Below are positions 30,226 to 42,210 of a DNA stretch of 64,000 nucleotides, piece after piece. The notes under the pieces are model-generated. The model had not been told where the DNA came from. It searched no databases and saw only the letters and a list, made by a program, of their open reading frames with translations. The DNA is from the human T2T-CHM13v2.0 reference genome, Homo sapiens, in the NCBI RefSeq assembly GCF_009914755.1, contig NC_060928.1; one strand, 5' to 3'. Position 1 is the first letter of the stretch. Every line of letters begins with the position of its first letter. Position numbers and translations under genes: made by a program.

Positions 30226-31304
30226 TCTTCAGGCTTAATTGGTTTTTGTTTTCTTTTGCTTGTTTTGATTCTGAAAAAAAAATACTTTTCAAATCAAGAG
30301 TTAATTCGCAATGTTTTCAAAGTTTATCACAATAATAATATAATTCGGAAAATAATGTTTGGTGATAATAGAGCAATTTTCCTAACATAAAAAGAAAAGC
30401 TAATATTCCTTGCTAGGCAGGGATGATGAGGTGGGATATTTGTAAAAAGAAAAGAGAGAATTGTGACAGGAATGAGAGCCTCTGATTATTGTTCCCCTTT
30501 TAATGATTACAGCACGTAGTGGAGATGATAAATTACCTAGATAGGTAATATTGTGAATTTTAATACAGAGATTTTTTTCTCACTTATATGAAACTATTGA
30601 AGAAGGCAACCTAGGTGACTGTCCTTCCCTAAAATGGGGCAGTCAACCACAACAGAGTAAAAATAACTACCTCACAGGTCTGGGCAGATGTAGGGCCTAT
30701 GTGGTCTTCACCATGGTTGTCCTCATATCAACAAAGGGATGAAGAGAGCCACAGATTTGCCTATATTTAAGGAGATTCCAAAGTTGTAAAGTTGTAAGCA
30801 AGGAAAACTCATACCAGAGGCTGCACTGTGAACAGATAAGCTTAGGGGCAGCTAGAGAAAACATCTGAGCCTCTGAGGATCACTGGTGCCAGTAAGATCT
30901 AATGCAGGGTGGATTCAGCAGGAGGAAACCACCAGCTCCCCTCAAGCACCCACTTTGCATTGTTTGTGATATGAAACTAGAAAATAAGAAAGACCACAAA
31001 TATGAAAAAGCAGGGGGAAAAATCACCTTAGCACTGATTCCTTTCTCTCAATATAAGAAGGATATATGAGGTCCTGTGGAACTCAGATCATTTCTGGTAA
31101 GAGAAGAAAGAAATTGCAGGCAGAAAAATGCTTGGTGGAGGTGAGAGAGTGCTTAACTAGGAGTTAAACAAGAGATTGAGCTTAAAACTAGAAGTAACTT
31201 CAGTAGTAAGAATAAATTTTTGGCTACCATTTTAAGAAATGGAAAAATTAAGAAACTTTTATCTCTATATATTCAATTTTGATCCTATGTTGAAAAGTGG
31301 CCAT

Positions 31305-31750
31305 TCTTCTTTCCTTTTCCTCTCCTTCCCTCACCTTTCCCTCCCCTTCCTCCTCCTCTTCTTCTCCTCCTTTTTTTCTTCTTCTTTCTCTTCTCTAGCT
31401 CTCCCTCCCCATTATCTGTTATGTGTATATTATACATTCATAAATATGCCCTCCCTCCCCCTTATCTATCACGCTGTGTATATATTGTACATTCATATAT
31501 ATGCATGTACATAATATATTTCAATATCTATGTATAATTATATAAAATGTATATTATATATAATTGTATAATGTATAAGTGATGATGTTATTAATAATCA
31601 GTTAAAGATTTGTTTACGTAGTAAGGTATATGTGTGTTTGTGTATATATACGTGTGTGTACATGTGTGTATATCTATTTATATTCTTAATACATATCTTT
31701 ATATATGTTTATGAATTTTTTATATTTCTATGTTGTATGCATACATATAT
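31305..31750. repeat. CT-rich then TA/TG-rich low-complexity region
   Basis: Degenerate (CTT/CCT)n followed by (TA)n/(TG)n runs. Confidence 0.8.
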
Positions 31751-33294
31751 ACTCCTAAAAACAGGGTTGATGTAATATTTCAATTTTTACACAAAATGAA
31801 ACCAAGAGCTCTGAGATACCAATATATTTCGGCTTTGTCCTATTTTAGTGCATGTCTAAGTCTTTTACTTTGAAATCCTTTTCACCCTATCTGTGCTATG
31901 TGGTAAAAGCGGCACTAACTTCTGCCTCTTCTTTTGATAAAGTCCCATCTTTTAACTCATTTTCTATTTGTAACTCATTAAGTTTGGCTCTGAGAAGCTC
32001 TGTCGTGTAATCTTTACTCAGCACAAGATGTGCCCATGGGTTTACTGCTGCCGGCCCTTTCCTCATCTCTTCTCATCCTCCTCCACTCTCAGGCCTGCCT
32101 TCAACCCTATGACTCTTCTCACCTAACAATCTGCCGCTGTTACTGTATCTGTAGCCTTCTCCAATGATGCAAAAGAGGGTCACAGCCCACGAGAATATGC
32201 ACTTCTGCACTTCAGGCACAAACAGCAGCTGTGCAAGGCGCACCAAGCAGGCTGTGGAAGGCTCACTCTATCATAGATTTGCCTATAATATGCCTTCCTA
32301 TTTTGACCCCGAGGGATTCATTTTCATCATTTTCTTATGTCTTTTCAAGCAGTTTTACTAGAGAGAAAGTTAATTATGGATTTGTAATAATATTTTCCGA
32401 GAATGAGAAATAGCATTTCTATGAAGATTTTTCACTTCTAAACTACTGTAAGCTTTCTATTACCCCAACAGCTTTCCTTCAAGAAGCTACAAGGGTTTTC
32501 ATTTTGAAGTTAATCTTATTTTAGCCTCAGATGCTCTCAATTAGCTGCTGTCTTTGTTTCATGAGAAATTGCTTTTGATTAGCAGATTTCTTTGTTTACA
32601 TGGTTGCTCAGACCATATTGCCACAGAAGAGCTAATTTGCTACCCAACTGCTTCTCTTCTACATTAAAGATGGGTAGAGTATTACAGAGAATTTTGCCTA
32701 TATTTAAGTTATTACATAGTAAAATATGCCTAAAGTTTTACCAGATAGAGATTATTCTCTTATAAATCATATAGTGTCCTTATTTAAGCTTAAATTCGGT
32801 CACCAATTCTTAAAATAGGGGGAAAAAGTGAGAAGAACTTTTTATAACATTAATTATAGCTATAACATTGAACATTAAAATACTGTATTTTTAAATAATA
32901 TTTGTAAATTCTAAGTATCAACCTCCTACATTTATGCTGTTGGAGAAATGGAGTCTCCATACGGAATCTTTTCTTCTCCAAAAGATGTTTATGATTCAGA
33001 AGCAATGGTCAAAATATAAATAAATAACATCACAAACAAGAGTTTGTCATATGACAAACAAAAAATGCCATTGGGGTAAGACAAAATAGATTATGATTAA
33101 ACATTTATTATTCACCAATGTTTGAGCAAGTGCAAATATAAAAACAATAAAGCCTTCTTAAATTAAGAGTCCAATTGGTATATTTCTGAAATTATCATCT
33201 CTCTGCTCATTTATTTGCTTACTAATTAGTAATATACATATATTTCAAGTTTTAGGGTTATTTATTTTGTGTGTATGGTGCTCTAAATTTTTGC

Positions 33295-33527
33295 ATTAAT
33301 ATTATTTTTAATTGATAAATCATAGTTGTATACGTTATGGGGTACAAGGTGGTGATTTGTTATATGTGAACAATGGAGAATGACTAAGCCAAGCTACTTA
33401 ACACATATAACACCTCACTTACTTAATCTTTTTGTGGTGAAACATTCGAAATTTAGTATCTCAGTTATTTTAAAATATGCAGTACATTATTTTTGACCAG
33501 AGTCACTTTGCTTTGCAATATATATCA
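33295..33527 (-). mobile_element. L1MA 3' end (L1MA7-9-like)
   Basis: atggggtacaa...aagctacttaacacatataacacctcactta...tttttgtggtgaaacatt. Confidence 0.75.
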
Positions 33528-33679
33528 AGCTTTTAAGCTAGTTGAATTTATTAATGTTTCCCTCTGGACATTTATTTTTCCCTATTTTTCATAAATTAGT
33601 TCATCTCTATTTCAATCTATTAGAAAATGTTAACCATTTACGTTAAAAATCTCATTAAATAGCATGGTATTTGAAGGGT

Positions 33680-33890
33680 CTTTCTTTCCTCCATGTTTTT
33701 TTCCTTTCCTTCCTTCCTCCCGTCCTTCCTTCCTTCCTTCCTTCCTTCCCTCCCTCCCTCCTTCCTTCCTTCCTACGTTTCTTCTCCTTCTCCTTCTGGT
33801 TCTCCTTCTCCTCATTCTCCTTGTCCTCCTCCTGCTACTTTCTTTCTTTCTTTCTTTCTTTCTTTTCTTTTTTTCTTTCTTTCTCTTCTC
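33680..33890. repeat. Compound pyrimidine microsatellite (CCTT)n/(CCTTCT)n/(CTTT)n
   Basis: Directly visible tandem units. Confidence 0.95.
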
Positions 33891-36800
33891 AAAATAGTAG
33901 GCAAGCAATCCTAATATTACATTTATTAATTTCTATTGTATACCTGTTACTGAAAATATAAAATTATATTCCAAAGAGAAATAGCTTCTAAAGAAATCAA
34001 ACTGAGGTATGAGAACTGCTTAGGTATGTGTATTGAATTGGACGTGTAGCTGTTGCTACATAAATGAAAACTCTTCTGTTGTTGACTCTATTGTAGTGTA
34101 GGTTATCAAATATTCAACGGTATGGGTCCACTTTAGCTCAGACATTCTAGTCAACTAGTTGTATTTCTTTTTCATAAATGAGATATTTTGGGACATTTAT
34201 GCATTCCATTGCTTTTTTATATCCAAAATTTTCTGTCAAAAAATCCCTTCTCTGTCCATATCTAGAAAAATATGGATGGCAATGTAGAGAAAACCAGTCT
34301 GAGCACAGTTATTGAAACTGAGTGGAAAAATCTGCATTGGAATGTTGGAAAACTAAAATAAATAAAAATAAATAGTTCACTTCATGATAAATATTTCAAT
34401 AGATCTTTTAATAATATGCCCCAATACAAGAAATACTTGATGATGTCTGTAATAGTGAATGTCCTTATAGATAATATAAATTGACTTTAATGGAATATAT
34501 ATATACATTTTGCTAGGTGTGAGGATTTGTGGTTTGAAAATCCATCTGTATTACAACCCTTCTTTGATTAGTATATGCAACTTATATTACAATGAGAATA
34601 TACCCTCTTTCATCCCACCATGTCTTCAACAAAGAAAAAGTTGATTGTTTTGATATTTTCCTAGTGAATCACCTTTTAAACCATTGAGAATCGTAACATT
34701 AAATTGAAACTTCCAATTGAAAAGCACTTTAAACTTTACTTAGGAATACAAATTATTCATTCTTATATTGAGTTGAAAATTTATCTGTATGGATGTCATG
34801 GGTTTTGTCATTGCAAAGTCTAAACAAAATTGAAAGAGCAGGAAGTTTCTCCTTTCTTCTCTCGCCTTTCTATATTTCTTGCCTATTTCTTGAGACCCTA
34901 ATTCCTGTATTTCCTGTATTGTATTCTACATTTTTAGTAGCATTACCCTCCCGATATTTAATGTGGAATTTTAGATGCTCAAAAGAACAAAAAGTCAATT
35001 ATATAGTTTTAAGCACTAACAACCAATCTAGGTAAAGTACATTTTATATTTGAGTTGGGGTCTTTTGCCTTCAATAAGACTGCAAGGGCTGTTGGTAGTG
35101 TTCAATTATAAGGCTAAACCTAGTCTTTGATTTTAACCTTTATTATATGTCACATATATGTGGACTGAAGACAGAAAGAACAATACTTAACAATGAAATT
35201 AAAATAAAGAAAATAAAAAGAGGATTTAATCTCTCTACATAGGAAAAAATTGTTAAAAATTTGGTGTGTAAACTTATTTCTTTTTCCAGTAAGATACAAA
35301 CACAGACTCAGACACATATTTATGGTAAAACTGCCTTCAAGGTTGTTGTCTGTATGTCTAACACTGCAAATTTAACAAGATAACATAAGTCACCTTTAGG
35401 CTAATAAATATTCATAAACTATATTTTACCTTGAAGGACTATGTTATTATTTGGAATCTAACAAAGTCCCTAGAACAGGACTTCTTATTTGTACAAAAAT
35501 ACTATTATTCTATGCATTGCTACTAAGAATGTCCTTACAGCTTATTTGTGGTCCACTCCTTTCACATATTTACTTCAGAAAAATTTTCAAAGTAAAACAC
35601 AGTTGTAAATCAATATTAAAGCTATCTTTTTATCCCTTTGTAAATAATTTTGGGGATGATTTGAAGATAACTGCACATTCTTATTATACAGTCAGAATTT
35701 TTCCACTGAAATAATACATTTTACCCTTTAAGTTTTTGTCATTTAGTACATGGTTACTTTAAAGAAGAGATTATGAAAGTAATTCCTGGATTTTGATGAA
35801 AGCATAATTCCTACACCAAGTTACAAAGTCCCATGCTTGAGTAAGAGTTTCTTCTTTCAATATACACTTTCCTATTTCAGAATACATGCTGTTAAACCCT
35901 TCTTTTTCATCAGTAGAAACAGAAATAGATCACATAGAAAAGAATTGCTTGATTTTATTTTGCCTCTTGTGAATCCATTCTTATGCTTAACCTCAATTAT
36001 AAGGAAGTCATTTTTAAAAACATAATATCTTCCTATAAAATTTGAACCCAAATGTAAATAATTTTTATTTTATTTCACATAATATCTTTTGCTTATATCT
36101 AAACTAACATACAGGTTGAGCTGTATTGAACAAACCAACATTATTCAGATTAAAAAATAATTCAAATTAGAAGACAATCACTTGATTTTAAATAACTGAG
36201 CAATTCTCCTTGGTTGTGAATGTGTGTGTGAGAGTGTTCCTAGAGATAGAAGAGGAGGGTGTTCATGGGGAGAAAGAGACAAAAAGAAAGTAATACCATA
36301 CATAAATTAAAAGCGTGTGCATGTGTGTGTGTATGTAAATTGTTGAGTATACTCAACAGTTAGAAACATAAATTTAAGTGAAAATTAAAAGTTTAAATAT
36401 GTTTTAGGTGTAAATGTAATGATTAAGACACAAATAGAAGCTGATAAAAATTCAATTGGTGCATAATGGAAAGAAAAGCAACAAAATAAATTAGTTCACA
36501 AAGCTGCCTGTGCGTTCCAAAGTCACATTAGATTCCACGTGCAGCTTTCTTGAACACTCATATTATCTCTGCACTCTCCATCTCCATCATGAAATTACAT
36601 ATGATGACCACTATCATCTCTGATTCCAGGAGAAAAAAGATTTTATTCCTTAATAAATTAAACTGATTCCAAAAATAATGAATAAAAATGAATCTTACCT
36701 CCATGACAGAGCAATGAGGATAACAAGAGAGCCAGGCAGCAACTGCCTTGATCTAAGTTGGGTGTTAGACCAAACGTTGGGCTGAGTGAGGGAAGAGAAT

Positions 36801-39800
36801 TTTCCCTGAGACAGAATTGAAAAAATGTTGCCCTGAGAAACTGGAGTAAATATTGAAAAACCAAACAAAACAAATCTACAACACAAAATAAAGAAAATCA
36901 GTACAACCAAAAAAAAGAAAGAAATTGTATGTAATTTTCTAGTAGAGTATATTTATTGAACAAATGGAAATGAGTGGCACATTCATTACACAGGAACTGT
37001 AGCTTCTTCTTGATAAATGTGGAACCAAACATAAACAAAAATATCACAATCCCAAAGCTGCAAACCACTACCAGGAGCCTGCACCTGGAATGCTTTGACT
37101 TTGAGGGACATATTAGCACAGAGCAACAAGAGAACTTTGCTGTTATAGAGGCTATGAGACTATGAGATATGTGAAATAAACATGGAACTATTTTCCTGGA
37201 GGTAAATGTACCTTTAGAAATGACAGAAATTAAAATAAGGAGTCTAAGGAAAAGTTCTATCATAGAAGAAAGACTGAACTCTTAGAGATCAAACCCACTA
37301 TCAAGATTTAATACGAAAAGAGATGAATGTTTTGTTTTCATATCAAAGAGCATGATGAACAGTCCCAACAGGCTTAACAAAAGAGGTCAGCAAAAGGATT
37401 TGAGTACCTGTGGATTCGTTAGCAAGATACTACCTTAACCCACATTGAGACTATAACTGAAATCTCCCAAAAGAGAAATTGTATCTATAAAATGGTTGAA
37501 TTATACTCTGAAGGCTCCTGGGCTTAGAAAATTATTCTTGATAAGAAGAAGTTGAAACTAAACAAATAAACTTAACAAGAAGACAAGAGAAAGGTAGGCA
37601 GATCTTACAGTAGAAGTATGGGAGATCTGCATGAAATAGATTCATAAATTGAGAAAAAGGAACGACATGGACTATGAAAAAGTAAAAATGCCTGGGAGAT
37701 GGAGAATGTATAGGTTAAGACTGAAATGGTAAAAGAAGATATGGTTCAGAGAAGGGGAGCCAGGTAGGATTATATCAGAGTCCAAAGCTAATTTAGATGA
37801 TGGAGTAACTATGAGAAGATACGTTCGGAAGGATCTATTCCATCATCAAAAGCAGATATCGACTTGTAAAAATATGACAATAGGTGAATTACTCCCCAAA
37901 CCACACTGCCTTTTTCTCATATTTAAATCTATTAATTTTATTTCCTTTGGTCCCTGTATTACTGACCCCATAATGCTGAGCCAGATGTGACCTCAGCCTT
38001 GAAGACCCTCTACTTTATTATGAACAATGATCCTTTCTTGATAACTACTTGAAAGAAATAATTCCTTGAAAGTGATAATTTCTTGAAAGATTACAATATT
38101 TTTATAAATCTAAGTTACAATATATAACTGAGTCTCCACTGCTGCTGTGTCCTGCATAAGGGTTTCTTAAACCTTCGCTAAAGAGTGAAAACCCAACCAT
38201 TTGTCTCTCTCTTTATTCTCTTTTTTCCATTGGCAGAGATTGGTAGAACGCCTCCAGCTTGGACATGATCTTGCACGTTTTCTCGTCTGTTCTTTTGTTC
38301 TTACTCTTATGTCTATCCAAGCAGTCTAAACGATTCTGAACTCAGATTTCAGCATAGGGGGAAGAGATGGTGAAAACAAAAAGGTCCCATGCACACGATT
38401 TTGTCAAGTTTAAGCATGTATTGCAAACGATGCCCTTCTTGGCCCAATCCCGTGTCTCAGAGCAGTCTGCAATGAGAATTTAGGCAGAATCCACACTTAC
38501 CAATAAAATAACTTTTTCTATATTAACTTGGCAACTCTGTTGTGCTTGTATTTTCCCAAGGGTTTTCATAAAAGGGATGTCTGTGGCCTGAGGTAGGATT
38601 TGATGTTCTTTGCTCTTCTCACTATAGGAATATGGCTAATTTACTATAATCGCTTATTTATTTTTCTACATTTAACATCCTGATTTATTTCTTCTCGAAG
38701 AACCTTCAAAAATTACTGATATTTGATTAATTGTCTTAATCTAAATTTTCTTTGGAACCATAGGATTAAATTAATCCTAGTCAAGAAATTTGAGCCCTAT
38801 TTGTAGGTACTCATTTTACTCGTCACTTTTAGATTTTCTTTCCCTAATATAAATGTTTATTTTGCTCAGTTCAGATGTAAATTTTAAAAATTCCATGTAT
38901 TTATCATAAAGTCCACTCTTAAAATGGCAAAGTAAATATAAAATAAGTATATTTGATGGTTAAATAAATCAGATTTCAAAAAAATGATAAATTTGAATGT
39001 AACAGCTCCAGTGAATTTAACGAAAAATAACTAATGTCTTTAGCAGAGCATTGAATTAAATTGTATTTAAATAAACAATTACTACTGTATGACAATCGAA
39101 TGACTTTCAGTCACAAATAGCTTTTCAATTGAAAAATAAAACTAGATAGCAAACATAAAAACATCTAAACATTGCCAATAAACAAATATGTGAAAAGTTA
39201 AAGTTACCAACACGATGTGTGTAATCTTGGCAAGTTTTAGTATGGTTATTGCTATGTCAAAAACAAAATCTATAAATTGGATATTAAAAACTTAAGCTGC
39301 AAAGGTGTACATTAAACTAGCAATGATTGTCCTATCTGGTGATAGAAATCTTGGTGATGTTTTTTCTTCTCCTTCTCTTTCTTTTTCTCTTCCTCCTTCT
39401 CCTTCTACTCCATTTTCTCCTTTATTCCTCTTCTATTTTTAAACTGATGATAGTGTGAATTGTGTTAGTAATTAAAAAATATACATTTTAACATCAAGAA
39501 AAACAACAAAAAATAATTATCACATTACCTTTGTACCACAGAAAAAAATTGGGGATATTACCATTGTTTTGGGTTGCTTTTTCTAGGTTTGGTAAAATTC
39601 TTAAAACTTGCGTGCCTAGGCTTTCTTCCTCTTTAAGGTGTGAAGTGTTTTAATTGATCAAAGAATATAAATAAAGAAAAAATATCTCAGTGCATGGCTT
39701 TTAAAAATAAAATTAAAGTAATGATAGCACAATCTATGCATTTATTTTTTTTTTCTCAAATTTACTAATTGCATGTCAGGTGGTATACTAGGTTCCTGGA

Positions 39801-41714
39801 ATTCAAAAAGGTATAGCTACATCCCTGCTGAAAGATCAGAACCAACCAGCCTCTTGGACGTCTTACTACTCAACAATGAACCGTTAGTTTCATCAGCAGT
39901 GTATTTGTCTTTATTAGTAAAAAGAGGCTTCTTTTTCTCTGCTATATTTATTTTTAGAAAATGTACCGTTTTTAACATTTTATTTTTTATACTATAGATA
40001 TTATATGTTGTTTAATTATGCTATTGAAAACTCTTCATGTCATTAAGCATAAAGTTGAGTTTAAACCATGTATCAGGATACAATTTTGAACATCAGCATA
40101 CATCTTCTTCCCATCGTTTTTCTTCCTTTCCCTCTCCATCATTCAAGCAGATAATCATTGCCTAAATCAAGAAGAATGTACACCAGTCCCTCTTGGTTTT
40201 GGGTTCCAAAAGCACACACAATTAGGAGGATTCTAGAAAAGATGTATGGTTAAGTAAAGGAAGTTTCAAGGCCATGAAAATGTCTTGGCCAAATAGAGTA
40301 AAGAACATAGCTTTATCTCTGAAGTGTGAGATTCCACAAAAATGGGAAATGAATGAGGAGACAGGATTGGGCTGAGAGTAATGCTGGCAGGAGTTTAATA
40401 CTGAAATTAATTTTATCATTTTAAATAGTCAGCCTCCAGTTCCCCTACCTTGTTTCCTTTCAGTAATTGATATCTCTAACTCTCAGTACACATACTGTGC
40501 ATAGGAGGACACCAACCCAGCTCTAGAACTGGACACAGGATCAAAATCAGACTATTGTGCATTTGTAGTGCCGCTGATTGACTCAGAAATGGTTATTGGT
40601 TCAGAAATGGTTATGATCTCAGCCAGGTGAATAACAAACTACCAAGAACGTTTGTTAAAACAATTGTCAAAGAGAATTTCTCTCTCCACCAGGATAACTT
40701 TGGTAAACATAAAGAGAAAAGAATCTGCCCACAGATTCAGCCAAATGAGAGGAGAGCATATCTGAGATGGTGAAGGAAAGTGAATCAATCCTGTATTGTT
40801 TTCTGATTCAGTCACGCCTATGGGAGAGAAACTGGTTTTATGCACTGGTAGCAGTGAGAAAACAGAAACCCAGGGAGAAGATAACTCTGTTCTGTCTGTA
40901 TTCTGGCAGAGTCAGAAAGCAAAATAGGTAAGTAAACACACAGAGAACCATAGAGCCAAAAATGTAATGCCAACTATTAAAATGAGCGTCTCAACAGACT
41001 CCTTCAAATCTAAAATACCTGTGCAATAAATTCACAACTCTGGGAAAGTATAATGACAACGATGGATGTGGGCTGGAAATGAAAAATAAATTGTAGAAAA
41101 AATAGTTTACCATCCTTGTACATGTGAGTTGACTAAGATTCATATACAATACATATTGTATATGTGTAGCCTATTAGGTTGAATGAAATTCTGAAATACT
41201 TGGGAGGCATTTAGCATTTCACATAAATAGTTTTGATAAAGTTCTTTCTTGAGGCAAGAGATAGATTAAACGTTCTTTTGAGATTTTTTTCAGATTAATG
41301 GTTCAATAGTATTGCTTTTATGTTCAGTATAAAAGTTAGTGTTTATACTTCAAAATCAGTGGCCTTTATGATTTCTAATATTCTGTGACAGTATTGTTAT
41401 TTATATAGGAAAAAACTTGAGTCTCCTTAAGCACAGCATAATAAAAGTTATGTAGTATAAAAGAATTAAATTTTCTTTTTCATCTTTGGTCACTATTGTT
41501 TTAGATAGCATGGCGTACTTGTTCATAGATCATCCAAAGCAAAATTGTGTAGCAAGTGAAATCAGTAAGCTTTTGGTGACTCTCTTTGTTTAAATAACAA
41601 CTAGGCATCTATAATCACCGTGGTGACTTTTGGCTCTCTTCATTCTGACAAGGGCATGTGATATATTACATCACAATTAAGAGTCTGAAAAGACACAAAA
41701 AGAAGGATCACAGT

Positions 41715-41840
41715 CCATTCCTCCAGTTGTTAGCTGTAAGACTGGGAAAATTATTAACTCTGAAATTCTATTTCTTCATAAGTAAATTTACATAAGGGTT
41801 ATTTCATTAAATAGAGTAAAAATATGTAAAGTAGACACAC
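41715..41840 (+). mobile_element. MIR fragment
   Basis: ttagctgtaagactgggaaaattattaactctga...atatgtaaag resembles the MIR core. Confidence 0.5.
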
Positions 41841-42009
41841 ATTTTAGACCCCCTTTAATTTCATATACTTCTTAATCAAACTTTGCTGAACCTAAACTAA
41901 TTCATTGTATTCAATATTTGATTAGGATAAAATCTCAGACTGAATCTTTTTTAAATAAAACAACCTAATATATTTGGCCACCAAAATATTTCAAAATAAT
42001 AACATAATG

Positions 42010-42210
42010 TTAAATGCTTTTTAATTGCATTTAATCCTCATAACATTTCTCATGGGTTAGTATATTTCTGTTTTCCACATGGGAAAACTGGAGCACAGTA
42101 AATTTAAGTAGCTTTGCTTAAGGTCACACATTTAGGAAGTACCCAAAATAGGATCTAAACACAGGCTAAGTAAGTCCAAAACATTAATTCTCAACTATGC
42201 TTTGCTATAG
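42010..42210 (-). mobile_element. MIR
   Basis: catttaatcctcataac...gggaaaactggagcacag...taagtagctttgcttaaggtcacaca is the antisense MIR core. Confidence 0.75.

Noticed and set aside
33042-33059. 18-bp perfect palindrome gtttgtcatatgacaaac (similar ones at 36341-36358 and 41141-41164)
   Set aside because: Arms of 9-11 bp in 64 kb of AT-rich DNA are near chance expectation, and the palindromes share no sequence.
33630-33961. Four overlapping ORFs (Arg/Lys/Glu-rich; Leu/Phe/Ser/Pro-rich)
   Set aside because: They are translations of the (CCTT)n/(CTTT)n microsatellite, which lacks stop codons.
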